From: Bigelowiella natans CCMP2755
Lineage: Eukaryota > Protista > Cercozoa
Direction of reading: 5' to 3'
DNA length: 64,000 bases
Assembly: GCA_000320545.1 (NCBI GenBank)
Contig: ADNK01000282.1
Span: 11,298 to 75,297, forward strand
Within the stretch, counting starts at the first letter, position 1, and each line of letters begins with the position of its first letter. The notes below the pieces were generated by a model that made no database searches, was not told where the DNA came from, and was given only the letters and a program-made list of their open reading frames with translations. Position numbers and translations under genes: made by a program. Below, one piece after another: positions 1 through 13,888 of the stretch.

Positions 1-890
1 AAAATTATTTTCTGGTGCCCCTGAGGAAGGGGAACTTCAGAACATCGTGCGAGTCAAATTTGCCTGATTTTGTAAGGAACGGAGGAAAACTTTTCCATGC
101 GACGTATTCACACTGGCCGTTTCCATTCTAAATGTAACGTGTCTGGCCTTTAGACTCAAAGCGCAAGATCTTCCTGGACGACCGATATGTCGGGAGAGTG
201 GTTGATTTTATTCAGTGCGACATAATTTTTACCGAGACGCACAGGAGAATTAAAATCCGTTAAAGATAATTAATTTTCAACAAATAGATACAGAAAACAT
301 CGGAAGGTTTCTGTACTACCTCCAAACTCACAAAGGATCGCTCCAGAGCTACGTGCAACGGTGGGGCCCCTCAGGCCTTTGGTTCCCTTGGAATGAGGCG
401 AATTCGTGTGGCAGCTACGAGATGGCGGGGTAGAGGTAACACCTTTCTTCCACAGCGGTTGATGGGAAAGTGGTTTTGTGTACGCATCCGAAGAATTCGT
501 AACTCGGATCGCATAGCCACATCTTTAAGAGCCGCCTAATTCCACATCAGGTGGAAATGCCACTCCGGGAAACAGATACACCAAAGCTTCTATCTTTAGC
601 CCGAAGGAATATGGTAATAAAAAATCCTAGCGGAATGCAAGTGTAACTTAGCATGTGCGTAGCGCGAGCAGGAAAGACAGAAAGGGGAAGTGAGACAACA
701 GAGAGGAAGAATTAAAAGCCGATAGTTACGGGGAGTCTATCATCTTTTCCCTAGTCACAAATATGCGTGTATCTTTGGCATAAATGAAGGTTGGCCTGTC
801 CGTATCGACTCGCATTCACTCCCAACCCGAAAGGGCGCTTATCATAAAGTCAAAGGGAAAGTAAGATCCAAGTTTGAATCCGTCCTGCAG

Positions 891-2368
891 TTGTTTGGGC
901 CTGCGGAATCGCGTAGAAGGGCTGCCTGTGAACAAACTTGGTCACGTTGGGCGAGGCTGGTGCATGCTTTGCTAGGGAGTGGGGGGGCTAGCATTGGCAA
1001 TAAAGTCCAGATCCTATCATGCGGCAACACAGCCTTTAAGAAAATGTGGGATGCAATCGACCAGGCGAAACACAGCATCCACATGGAGACGTACATCCTT
1101 CGGTTGGACAACGTGGGTAGGAAGACGATCAAGCATCTGCACGAAGCTTTGCTTCGTGGAGTGACAGTGAGCCTCATGTACGATTCTGCTGGGTCAACGT
1201 CTGTGCCGATGCTTATCGATCCTATCTTACATTCTCTCCGCGCTAACGGTGCGAAAATCATCGAATTTAACCCTGTGTTCCCACCCCCCTGGCGTCGCCG
1301 TACCCACCATATTTTCCACCGAAACCATCGCAAGATTCTGCTAGTTGACGCCACCATTGCTTTTTGCGGTGGAATGAATATTGCTGATGAGTACTGTGGG
1401 AAGGAGCTGGGAGGCACCGGCCAGTTCCACGATACTCACGTCCGTGTAGAGGGACCAGCTGCTGCTCACTTCGCTCACGTTGTGAGAGACTCAATGAGGG
1501 AGGCTGTGTGGGAAGGATTTCAAAATGGTGCTGCCGCCGCTGTTGCCGCCCCCCCCACCTCTTCTACCCGATATTCTCCTTTTGCTGCTACCCCTGCAGT
1601 TCACGTCAAAAATGACGACTCCACATACATTGAAACCATTATTCAGGAACTAAAGCAGGGCAGCAAGAGAATCCACGATGGTGACCTTGCAGAGGGTGGT
1701 GGTGAGGATGGGGTGTGCGTGCAAGTCCTCGCAGCAAACTCCTGGAGAAATATGCGGCAGCTTCAAAAAGCCCTAAGGCTTACTATTCAATATTCAAACA
1801 CGCGTTGTTATATCACATCCCCTTATTTCCTTCCGCCGTTGAGTCTCCTAAGAGCTATGACATCTGCAGCCAAAAGAGGGGTAGACGTCCGAGTTATAAC
1901 CTCTGGAGATCTTTGTGACGTGCCCGGAGCTCAGAATGCCAGTCGGTACATTTACTCCAAACTCCTCACAAACGGCGTGAGAGTTTACGAATACCAGGCT
2001 GCAACGCTGCATACGAAAGCTGTCTGCATTGACGCAGTGTATTCCTTTCTCGGCTCATTCAACTTCGACAGGTGGTCTTACAGCCGGAACCTTGAGGTCG
2101 TCATTGCTCTTGTATCAGCTGATTGTCGTAGCAAGTACATGGCGTGTTTGGCACGTAGCTGTAGTAGGCAGAATATGTGTGTTAGATGCATGGGGAGAAG
2201 TTTAAGCAGTTGGCCGCAGCGTGAGATAAGAATCGTAAATTTCACTGAGAGCATACCACAAATGTACAGGTGGGAGTTGGAGTCCTGAATACTGCGGTTA
2301 GCCAAAATGTCGAGAAACAGTTTTTGGATAACCTCCGGAATTCGGTAGAGGTAAGTAGAATCATAAAA

Positions 2369-2417
<49 letters not shown>

Positions 2418-2592
2418 TCCAGCTGTTACTTCTCATTTGTGAAGTTGTTCTGCGAGATGAGATGATAACGTGTGCGTCCCCCCCCCCCCTCCTCCCCAGA
2501 TAACCCAAGATGACATCGCAAAAGCATCCCTCCTGCAGCGCGCATGGCAATTTACGTGCTACATGGCCTACAGCTTTATCGTTCGGATGTAA
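891..2592 (+). CDS. Phospholipase D-family (bacterial Cls-type) cardiolipin synthase, spliced
   Basis: Two HKD motifs (RNHRKILLVD..AFCGGMNIADEY; LHTKAVCID..FLGSFNFD) plus HDTHVRVEGP and ITSPYF. Introns 2097-2269 and 2351-2499 restore RNLE|VGVGVLNTAVSQNVEKQF..VE|ITQDD..., stop at 2590-2592. The 5' end is unresolved: there is no in-frame ATG between 726 and 891, and a possible Arg-rich first exon starts at ATG 393. Confidence 0.85.
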
Positions 2593-3067
2593 GAATAGCT
2601 TCAAGTTTACAATGAATTATTATGATACTAATAAAACTAGAGACCAAATTCTACCTTTATCGATGGTGTATTTTTCAATGCATTCGATCGCACGGCATTG
2701 CATCGCAAACTGCATGCACGGTTGCGCGTCGCCTAGCTAGCTGGTACCTGTGCTATTGCAAGTTGGCACGCACGTGCTGCATTGCAACATGCATTAATAA
2801 CAATCCCCACTTTTCCATGTGGACATGTGTGTGTGTGTGGGCGCGCGCAGACAATTGACTAGAACCAGGTCACACTATGAACATTTGAATTGCCAAAATT
2901 ACAACAAGGCTCATGCTAGCATGATCAATGAATAGAACAACAAAAGAAGTAATTCGAATCACATGTGTCTCTTTCTCTTTCCTCTCTCATTGATGCGCAT
3001 GGAATCACACTTGTACACACTTGCAAATTCGATGGCATTCGCCCTCCCTCCACATGACCTCTCATCG

Positions 3068-3916
3068 TCATGCCACAACATGATGGACCAAAACGGATGT
3101 TTCCACCTTGGTCAAACACTCCACAATGCCCTCTCTTTTGTTGGCGACTGCTACATCGAGAGCCGACTTCCCATCGTTATTCCTGGCTTCGACGTTGGCA
3201 TTGGCTTTCTCTACAAGGTACCTTACCACGTCAATATGGTCATCAAGAGCGGCATAAATGAGGGAGTTACCTCCATATTTGTCCTTGGCCTCGATGTTAG
3301 CATTGGCCTTTTCTACGAGGTACTGCACCGTGCCTACCCGGCCATTGATAGCAGCCCAGATGAGCGATGTAGATCCATCGTTCTGCTTGGCCTCAACGTT
3401 GGCGTTGGCGGTCTCTACGAGGTACTGCACTGTATCAATATGGTGGCCACAAGCAGCTGAGATAAGGGGTGTAGATCCAAAGTCATTCTTCGCCTCGATA
3501 TTAGCGTTCACCTTCTCTACAAGGTACCGCACTGCGTCAACCTGTCCATACCTAGAAGCCATGTTGAGGGGTGTAAATCCATATTTATCCTTGGCCTCGA
3601 CGTGGGCGTTGGCCTTCTCTACGATGTACAGCACTGTATTAACGTGGCCATTCCGAGCTGCCCAGATAAGAGGTGTCCATCCATCGTCGTCCTCGGCCTC
3701 AACGTTGGCCTTGGCCTTCTCTACGAGGTACCGTACAACGTCAATGTGCCCATATCGAGCAGCCAAGATGAGAGATGTGTGTCCATCGTTATCCTTAGTT
3801 TCGACGTTGACGCTTTTCGTCTCAAAAAGGCGACGTGTGGTGTTCAGATCTCCAGTTTCCGCAGCTTTAAGTAGGGGCTGATGAAGAGCACCGTGTTCAG
3901 ACACACTCATGTGCAC
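3068..3916 (-). CDS. Ankyrin-repeat protein (about 7 tandem 33-aa repeats), intronless
   Basis: Repeated G.T.L..AA..GH.D.V.YLVEKA.ANVEAKD units; a 99-bp periodicity is visible in the DNA. Confidence 0.9.
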   Translation of the reverse strand: MHMSVSEHGALHQPLLKAAETGDLNTTRRLFETKSVNVETKDNDGHTSLILAARYGHIDVVRYLVEKAKANVEAEDDDGWTPLIWAARNGHVNTVLYIVEKANAHVEAKDKYGFTPLNMASRYGQVDAVRYLVEKVNANIEAKNDFGSTPLISAACGHHIDTVQYLVETANANVEAKQNDGSTSLIWAAINGRVGTVQYLVEKANANIEAKDKYGGNSLIYAALDDHIDVVRYLVEKANANVEARNNDGKSALDVAVANKREGIVECLTKVETSVLVHHVVA

Positions 3917-4090
3917 GCGCGAGTTTAGGATTGTAGTTACGATAGATAATCTGTTTCTCTTTTGAGTCGTTTCCCTCTAAATTTCTACCTTATAATCGTC
4001 ATGACCTTCTTCTGAAAAATTCCTCTCCTTTTTTATTTTGGTCTTTTTGTCCTCCCTCTCTTTCTCTCTTTCTCCCTCTCTTTCTCTCTT

Positions 4091-4143
<53 letters not shown>

Positions 4144-4773
4144 GTCACACAATTTTGTTTTTTGTTCCCTGCCTTTCTCTCATTCTTTCTCCCCGCACCT
4201 GCCTCTTCGAACGAAACCAACCAAACATAAATGCAATGGATTCGACGGTCTCTGATCACCTCGTTCGTGCTCCAACAAAACTCATGCGCAAAACTTATTT
4301 TTTCGGGTGAAAAAATGGCGGTCAATTTCGATCCAAAACCCTGTCGCTCTGCAACAAATAGGCAGTAGAGTACTAGGTACTTCCGACAAAATTCGTGCCT
4401 CGTTTAACTACCAAGGATTTGTACTGGTGACGAAGAAAGAATTACAGGCAAAAATGGCCCAAATTTCTAGGTGCGACAAGCGGTATAATATATTTAACTT
4501 TATGGACTACCGTGTCGCTCGATTGCCCACTCGACGTAACACAATCACCACCTCGATAAGGGCTTTTTTCCTGCTTGAGAGGGAGGGAGGTACTCATGTT
4601 CGAGTCCAATTATCAGTTATTCCTCGCTTTTAGTAGAACTCTCTAGTCCCCATCGAAGATGAACGAGGAAAATAGCGTAATCTAAAGGGAATATCGCAAA
4701 TCTTATGATACTTTCATGTTGTGCTCATCTTAGGTGAGTGAGCGAACACACGTGTTGAAGAATTTTTTGGACC

Positions 4774-6611
4774 ATGAGCAATGAAGACGGATTGGCCATG
4801 CCTGTTACCGCAGAGTCTACCACGGTTCGGGAGACGAAGGACGAAAAAGCTCAGACTGAAGAATCTGCAACGCCACAACGCACTTCCGAAGGCAATGCCA
4901 CACCAGCGGCTACAGCGCAGGGATCAACAGCAGACGATATGGAAAAGAATTTTTCTCGCGAAGGAAATGGCAACATGCCGAGTGGTCCACCACAAGTAGC
5001 GCAGGAGAGGGAGAAATCAAGCGCCTTCTCTGGCAGCATCCACAGGAAGCCTCTTGGTGATTTTCTTGGGGAGAACGAAAAGGTGGACAGGGAACCTTTG
5101 AAAGATAGGATCGACAGGCTACTAAATGATAAGAGTATTCAACAGATTATTTCACAGGTACGATATATTCCTCTTTAGCGCCCATTATTTTCCCTTCATT
5201 ATCAATAGTCGGCGGTCCTGTAAGATGAATGGTTATAATAGTTCGCATCGAAATTAGTCCATTTAAACAAATAAAGAAGATCCATATCAACCACAATGAC
5301 ACTACAATTTCATATTGGCCATTTTACATTTGCTTAGCAGTACCATGCGCTGAAGTACGAGATGGGTACAATGGCACAGCGAACGGTGAGGCGTGGTTAT
5401 GGGTTCTTTGTAGTAGCACGCTTCTTCGTCATATCCTTTTTGTAGCGTTTTCTTACAATTTATGACCCCATATCTGGACCTACATGTAATACTCAGTCAC
5501 AAATCTGCTGATTGAAGCTGGGATGAGACTAAGAAGTGTTTCTGTGTTCTATCTTAAAACGACAGGCCGATGTCCTTGCATGCCGAGAAGAATATGAAAA
5601 TGCTAAAAGAGACTTCGTGAAGGCACTTGCTATCATGGGGTCGCACTCCAAGAGCGGTGCCGATGTGCAGGTAGTAGTAATGTGAACATATGCCCATAAT
5701 AGAATATGAATGAGTCTTATTTTTTAAGAGGGCTAACAACGATTATTACCGTGGTTGCAATGAGTTATCATTATTATCATTCTACACCAGTCAGTGAACA
5801 CGGTCCAAAAGTATTTCTTAACTCAAGCGATGATCTCAGACGTAACAAACCAACACCACCTCGACAAGCATATTTGTCTTCCTAAATGAACAACGAGAGA
5901 GAGAACGAGATAGGGGGAAAGAGGAGAAAGTTCTCTTAAGTATGAATAGAAAACAGTTGGAAGGCCTGAATTAGTCCACCTAGCTACCCTTCCAAAATTA
6001 CAACATTGTTGGTGCAGATCGATAACAAGCAACAGAAGAACCTCAAAGTCAATATGCAGGATGCAATAGGTACAACAAAGAGGAGGGGGAACGAAGAAGA
6101 AAGAGCGGAGAATATGGAGAGAGACACATAGAGGTTGAGGAAAGTAAAGAGGAGGGAGAGTTATAGTCATTCGATAAGGGTACACCTCTCCATTCTTACT
6201 ATTCCGCTACCCAACACACCACCTATTTACAACCATAACCTCCTCCTCCTCATTCTACTCCGCATCGTCCTCATCGTCCATCATGTACGACAACAAACAG
6301 AAGAGATCGTAATCGACAACGTAATGGTGGACAGAGAGATCAATCGCCTCGAAAATTGCAAGAAAAAGCTCATCGAGATCCGGGTTGGACAGCTAATTCC
6401 CCTTGGGATCCGACAACTAAGTTGCCACTTCTGATGATTTGCGTCTCACGACGCGGAACAGGCCACGGCAAGAGATGAAATTCGTCAGGTGTCGATGTTC
6501 ATCCGCCCCCATTTATGGTTGTCTTTTTGTTGTTAGGAGGTGCAGAGTGTGCGGTTTATGCGGCACGGTCATGATGATCAAAAGGGGCAGAGGCTGGAAT
6601 ACCGCCTCAAG

Positions 6612-6643
<32 letters not shown>

Positions 6644-6792
6644 CACGTCATGAAAATACACTACTACATTCAAGATAATGATGATGATGATGATGACGAA
6701 CAGTGTGATGATGATTAGCATTCCTTTTGAATGGTTAGCTGCTGGTGGATGATCTACAGGGATACAAGGATCAGCTCAAAAGCACGATATCA

Positions 6793-6838
<46 letters not shown>

Positions 6839-7898
6839 GAGAGAGAGAGAGAGAGAGAGAAAGAGAGCTTCAAAACAACATTCCTTTCCATTTTATGAAG
6901 ATCTAAATGGACAGGGTGCACACGCCCACTGACACAATCCATAATGTTGTTTCCCACTCGCATATTTCCCCCTACACATTGATGTAATCGAAACACCGCC
7001 TCCAGTTTGACATTTCACATCTTAAATCCGTTGTGCGGTGTTCTGTGTCTTTTTGATTTGTATTATCCTCCTACTACCTGTGTATGTGATGAACTGACTG
7101 GCTGACCCAACCAATCAAGAGCCTGTTGTCTAAGAAGAATAATCTTTTGACAAGTAAAATCATGCTAATACTGCGGCGGGCATGATGGCCACTCACCTCT
7201 CGCCCAACGTTGCTAATCCATAACAGGAAATTTGGGAGCATATGCTGCCGTGTCTCTGTTGTCGGTTCAGGAGTCGAACAAGATAATTGTGGCAGAAAAT
7301 AAGGTGAGGAAGGACACGTCTCCCTCGCCGACGCCGCAATTTATGTGGCTATGTGTAGTGTTATCTTTCATATTGACTTGTTCTTCAGCATTCACCCAAA
7401 TAGGAATAATTTCTTGTGCAATGATCATTTCATTGCTGAATAATTGTGTTAATGTTGTGGTGCGTTGTTCATATAGAAATCAAGTGCAGATTTGAAAAAT
7501 AATACGGGACTGAGTTCGCCAGTAAACGTACGTTCGCAGGCATACACGGGGAAGGAGGAAGGGGCGACGCCGAAATTTTCGAATAGTCGTGTTTTACAAA
7601 ACTCTTTGTTTTTATTCATATCCGTGTGCTATGTGTGTGTGCGTGTGTGCGTGTGTGTGTGTTGTGTGTGTGGTAAAGTAAACATAATATGTTCGATATA
7701 AGTAATAAATTAAATAAAATATAAATAATAATTTATATGACCTTGCCAGTCGTGGCGGTTCGTCCCGCATGTCGACGTTGCAAGGATTATCGGTAAACCA
7801 GCTGCTAAGAAGCAAGACGAAAAGGTTGTTGAACGGAATAAAAGAGAAGGAAAAAGGAAATAATCGATAATGAAATGTAATGCTTTATGTAATGTTAA

Positions 7899-7929
<31 letters not shown>

Positions 7930-8396
7930 ATATTATCTGCATCACAAATGTTTATGTCGCAAGAACGTGTATTTACATGTATCCCAAGTGACTCAGCATG
8001 CAGAAGCGTGTGGAGCACCTCCTCACCATCTCTTCCACTTATTGATAGGCATCTTCGGTAGATGATGCCTCGGAAGCAGCCTCTTCTTCACCGGCAGTAC
8101 AACAACAATCTAAAGCGGTGAAAATCCCTTTAGTAGAGAAGGACGAGAAGGGCGACGAAAATAAGACGAGTGAGTGTGTAGACAACGAAGAAGCTGTGGA
8201 AGTACAAGTAGATGTGCCTCCTACCGACACTGCAGCAGCTGTGGGCAGCGATTGTGCTGTTGGCAATACAAAGGTTGCTAGCAAAGATGAGGCTGAAGCA
8301 GGCGAGGCTGATCGTTGCAATGACACTCCTCCTCCTGCTGCTGCTGCTGATGATGATGATGATAATACCCCCAAAGGAGAGGGGGAGCAAACATGA
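4774..8396 (+). CDS. Multi-exon hypothetical protein with coiled-coil centre and acidic disordered ends
   Basis: ATG 4774, donor at 5158; GT-AG exons such as ADVLACREEYENAKRDFVKALAIMG (~5566), EEIVIDNVMVDREINRLENCKKKLIEIR (~6301) and a last exon ~8050-8396. No family recognised; the exon chain is only partly traced. Confidence 0.55.
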
Positions 8397-9063
8397 GGCG
8401 TACGATGCAATATGTAAGATTTCAGAAAAAAAAGTCCAGTCTGTAAGTGCTGATGGAAGCTTCACATAAATAGAACTGAAGACATAGGGACAGAATGTAA
8501 ACCAAAAATGAATCGTTGTTGAGTGAGTACTTCCATTTTCAATCACTCTCTCGTGTATGTAGCGACATGAGAGAATTTCGTATTTAATTCTCAAACCACA
8601 AGGATCATTCTTAGATTTCTCGATCTAACATCGATATTAATGACCCAAACAATTTATAAGATACTACAGATCGAACAAAGCTTGGTCGAGTACATATGGC
8701 TATGAAATAGCACCCGCAACGTCGACAGTAATTCGCGATGCATGTGCTTGCACCGACACATCGTAGTTGCTGTGATGAGAACAGTCATGCAGTGTCGAAT
8801 GATCAAATGCACATTGCACACACAATGAACTTGTACGAACGACTAATCAACATGATGATGCCCATGATTCCAATGTTATGCAGCGAAGTAGCAGCGGAAC
8901 TACTTAGCAATGTCACAGCAATGCGCCAGATGGTTTGCTGTCGCACTGCCCAATCTAGCTAGCTAGCAATGCTGCACATGGATTGACGTGCATGCACCGT
9001 GCTAGCGTGCTAGCGTGGTGTTTTCACAACATGCTTGCACACACATGAGACACGTGCGTGTGT

Positions 9064-9904
9064 TCATGGAACAACTTCATCGCGCTGAGCTCTTCCTTCT
9101 CCTTTCCCTTTCACCGGTGACGAAGCAAACAGGCTGAACAATTTCTGCACAGTCCAGAAGTGATTGTTTCAGCAAATTCTGGAAATTGCACGCACAAAAC
9201 CATTGAACCTCTTCTCGATTTTGAGCGATAGAGTTCCAGAACAGACTGTCTCTCCCTGTTGTGTTGGATGCCAGTCTCGTTGAGCACACTGAGTGAAATG
9301 ACTACCATGAATGAATGAATGATGCATGTCCTGACCTGTTTTTTGGACGGGTCGCGGAAAGGAGATGAGCGGGTCGCCGCGACGCTGCACATGTTAAAAT
9401 GTCATGGATTTTACAGGAGCGACAAGGAATGTTGAGACTTTATCCTAAGTTTTCATGCTACAGTGATTTACTAGGAAAGTTCAGTCTGATCAGGGATCGC
9501 GACATGGAATATGACCATAAAGCACAAACAGGAACGCGAGCGCGGGAAACTTTTTAAACTGGGCCGGTCTGTCCAGGCGTCAGTAGTTTCTCGGATAGGA
9601 AAAGTCCACATAATCACTTGGATTGACGGGTTGGGCAGACGAATAACATGTTTGATTTCGAAAGAAATAGAGACTATCTTTTTAGGTAATTCCTGGTTAG
9701 ATCACGCGCACCTTTCTTGCATTTGAAACCCTGTTACATTTTGCCTCCTCAGGTTTACCTATCCTCCACCCTCCCCATCCTTTCTGCACCCCACACCACT
9801 CCCTCCCCACCATTACGGGGGTTGAACCACAATCCCTATATCTCTGTCATTTGGGGTGTCCTAGATCCCATCCCACCGTATCGACTGACTTAGACCTGCT
9901 GCAT
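9064..9904 (-). CDS. Tentative small multi-exon hypothetical gene
   Basis: Phase-consistent GT-AG exon chain MQQ|VNLRRQNVTGFQMQER|PAQFKKFPALAFLFVLY|ASRRPAHLLSATRPKN|SVLNETGIQHNRERQSVLELYRSKSRRGSM|KLFSLFASSPVKGKGEGRAQRDEVVP*; no homology recognised. Confidence 0.3.
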
Positions 9905-10167
9905 TCTGTGAACACAGTTTCACTCAAATAGAGCGGGCGGCCCGGAAAGACTTCCGACCCGACCCGAGTTTCAGGCAGGGCTCAAGCAAAAGCGGTGATA
10001 ATTGAGCGGATTCAAAAAGGTAGGTTTCCAAGGATACTGTTTGTATGTACCTAGTTATGGATCGATTTGCCGGGAGGGGCGAAAATGAATCTGAAAAAAA
10101 ATGAAAACCGTTCCTCCACAACCTCAGGGACCACAACGCTTGCAGACAATGTTGGACGCGCGGTGAT

Positions 10168-12268
10168 ATGAAGCGGATGGGAAGAGGATATTTTAGGGTG
10201 CTAGCCCTGGCTGTGGCCTTATCCAGCCTTTGCCAGGGAGCGCTATCGTCGTCAGTACGCGGCCTGCTTCGAGGTAACAATCTCGGTACTACTACCCAGT
10301 TTCAAAAACCTAGGGAGAAAGGGGGGGGGGGGGAAGAGAGAGAGAGGCACTCCAAAAATATGGAGAGAATTTATCCACTCGCTCTCTTATTATTGGGTTC
10401 AAATCTGGAGAATGATACTTTACATTTTCGATGCGGATGGTTACATTGCTGACGAAGCCATTGTCTTTCATAGGAACCATGCGGTCAAAGCTGTCGTTGT
10501 CTTCGTCGCTCCAATCAACGGCACCATCATCATCGAGGCAACGCGACGCCGCCGTCATATCGAGAACCAAAATGGGGCCGCTTGTCTCTCCTACTCATGC
10601 ACGTAGTACGACAATTGGGCGATTGCGAGGCGGTGTGTCAGCACACCCAGCAGCGCACACAGCAGTGGATAAAGAAGAAGAAATCGACGAGGAAATCGGA
10701 GCTTTTGACATTGTCTTCTATCACGTAATGAGAAGTGACAATGATTTCGAATTACATCAACATCACTATGCGATAAGCAATTTGTTTGACTCTCGGGTGG
10801 AGATAATAGAGAAGGAATAGGGGGGGGGAAGTCAACAAGAGAAGGCAGCAGCATTGCATCCATGCATCTGCTGGCGACATTTTTGTGCCTTCGCTCTTTT
10901 TTGTCGATCTTAGTTGAGATAGATTTGATGGAATGATGGTAGGTGCTTAGAATTCTCCACTTCCGATGATGTCCAATATGCTTTCACAGAAACCCTCCCA
11001 GACGAAGACGTCGTCTCCCGGAGCACTGCAACACGGCACACAGGGGATTGTTGTTGAAAAGGCCGCCGATGCGAACGCGACACATCTGGCTCATCTCTAC
11101 AAAAATGATAGTAACAAGATAATGGGAGCAGATCGACTGAAACGTCGGTGGCGAGTGCAGTTCATGGGTGCCAAGGAGCCCATTGATGTGCCAGAATCCC
11201 ATTTGCGGGTAAGTCGACAAGGAGAGGGGGTGGATATATGAATTCCAAGTTTGTTTTGTCCTAAAGAAACAACGCTGGAAAGGATGCTGCACAGTTATAT
11301 CGCTCCTATCTATTACTTCATTGTTTCACATTTGCTGTTATTTCCAATTCAGGTGAAAGCTCGCGACATCGCACGGGGATGTCGCGTGGGTATTTACCCC
11401 TTTCTTCCAGAGGACAGTTTCAAAGGAGATCCGTCTCATGTACAGCAAGCTATGAAAGGGGGGGGGGGGGGGGGGCAGCGACTGATGAATGAGTATTTTC
11501 GAGATCGATTTGTTTAGTAAGAAGCGAGGTGGCGGTAATACTACAAATTATCCTGACAACCGACTTTCTCTCCCTTTTGGTGCTAGCTGACGGATGGAGA
11601 CCCCAATACCAGCTTCAACGTCCGGCCACAGTCGTCGCTGGAGTTCCCGCTCAAGCAGCTATCTTTCATCGTAATGGCGAAGACATCAGCCCAGTCTTTA
11701 ATGCCCTGCTTACACGCTAGCTTCCTGCACGTCATCGCATCTTTCTACTACTACTACTACTACTACTACTACTATTACTACCACTACAACGATAACAACA
11801 ACTATCATCACCGCTGACAGCTCTCATAAGTACCTGTGTTGTTGCTGCGAAGGTGGACTTAGGCACTCGAGTATGGCTGCAGATGGTTAAGATTCAATGG
11901 GTTCCGAAGGCGTACAGCAAGCGCTTCTTACTGCAGGTATATTGCCACACATGGCGACGACTGTGTGTGCACTAACTCGAAGTGGGGATTTCAAGGCACA
12001 TAGTAGTCAATGATATATGCCTGCACGAGCGAGATGGTTTGTTTAAATGGTTGAGGGTCTCGTTTGCTGCTGCTGCTTAGATCTCTGACAGCACGCGAGA
12101 GGGGGGGTGGAGGAATCTGACCTCACCATGCGAAAGCTGCCATCGGAGGGATGACGGAACGATGAAGGGAAATTCCGGCTGGTCGCAGCACACCGTGGTG
12201 AATGTGCAGAACCCAGGTGAGTGGGTGGGTGGGTGAGTTACTGATGATGGCGGCAATGATGACGATGG

Positions 12269-12299
<31 letters not shown>

Positions 12300-12537
12300 G
12301 ATGATGACGCGTAGCCTGCAGTGCGATGGATTGGTCTTTGATTCGAAATGACTGTGGTACTACTGGTATGCTGGATGATCGCTCCTCATCAGTGCCTTCG
12401 GCTACAACTGGGCGCTACATACGCGTGCTTTGCTTGCTCCAAGATAGAAACGGTAGCAGCGAAGGTTTGGAAGGGAGCAAGAGCGGTAGCAAGGGAAGTA
12501 GTGATATAATCTCCGAAGCACAGCTATCATCCTCCCG

Positions 12538-12573
<36 letters not shown>

Positions 12574-12730
12574 ACAGTAGTAGTAGTATTAACAGTAGTA
12601 ATATAGTGCCATCTGTTAAATGAGAGAATAATAGGAGGGGGAAGAGGAGGAGGAGGAGGAATAATGCCGAATATGATAGATACGATATAGAAAGGCTTGG
12701 CAAGCTTCCCCACCCCCCCTTTACCTACAG

Positions 12731-12761
<31 letters not shown>

Positions 12762-12821
12762 ATATTCCCCACTATTAATAATGATAACGAATGTACACGT
12801 ATCACACACTCACACACGCGT

Positions 12822-12874
<53 letters not shown>

Positions 12875-13395
12875 CGCACGCACAAACATACCCTCTTTCC
12901 CCTGCTAGCTGCACCTCCCTCATGGGGCCTACCTGTGCCGATTTGATGGTTGGACTGCTGCCATCCCCTCCCCTTCCTCTTCCTCTTCCTCTGCCAACTG
13001 TTGTTCTTAGGAACATGGGCATTGGAATCAAATCCATTGCAGCATACGGATCTCCACCGGAACCAGGTAAACAACAACACATCAACTTGACCGATAAAAT
13101 TTGCAATAAAAACTGATTTGCATTACTTGCTTTCAGGAAATGATACTCGTGCCGTGCCTCCTGCTGCCGGTGATGCTGCCTCTGCCTCTGCTGCTACTGG
13201 TGCTGGCACAGCTTTGGTCGAGGAATCGTCGCCTCCTTTGTTTAAGATAGGGGATCCTGTTGAAATCTTCGGCTTAAAGTCAGTCACCTCTTTTTCTGTA
13301 CTCGCGAATGAAACACATGAATAGCAAAAACTAACCAAGAAAACGTGCCAACATAAACCGATGTGCTTATGGTAAATGATCAAGATGCGCACAGA

Positions 13396-13427
<32 letters not shown>

Positions 13428-13553
13428 AGTATCATCTTTCACAGGGTGCGGTCGGAACTAAATGGCATGGAGGCAACGATCACAAGGTGTGATGATTCGA
13501 CTTGTCGTTGCAGTGACGATTCTTTTATATTATACACACACACACACACACAG

Positions 13554-13644
<91 letters not shown>

Positions 13645-13817
13645 GTGTGTGGTGACTAATTCTGAGTCTGTATCTTGCTGCCGCGTGTGTCGGTGTATAG
13701 ATACTCGCAGGAAACAGGACGCTACAGCGTTGCTATGGAGGACCGGTAGTAATCAAAAAGGATACATATATATATATATATATAGTCAAGTGGCCGTAGT
13801 TTCTAGTCGTACGCGCG

Positions 13818-13888
<71 letters not shown>

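Noticed and set aside
842-1417. Antisense ORFs (also 3258-3881, 15628-16419, 29003-29380)
   Set aside because: They are shadows of real coding exons on the opposite strand and carry no recognisable motifs
12402-13822. Short ORFs such as CVCVCV, YIYIYI, SLSLSL, RERERE
   Set aside because: They are translations of intronic microsatellites
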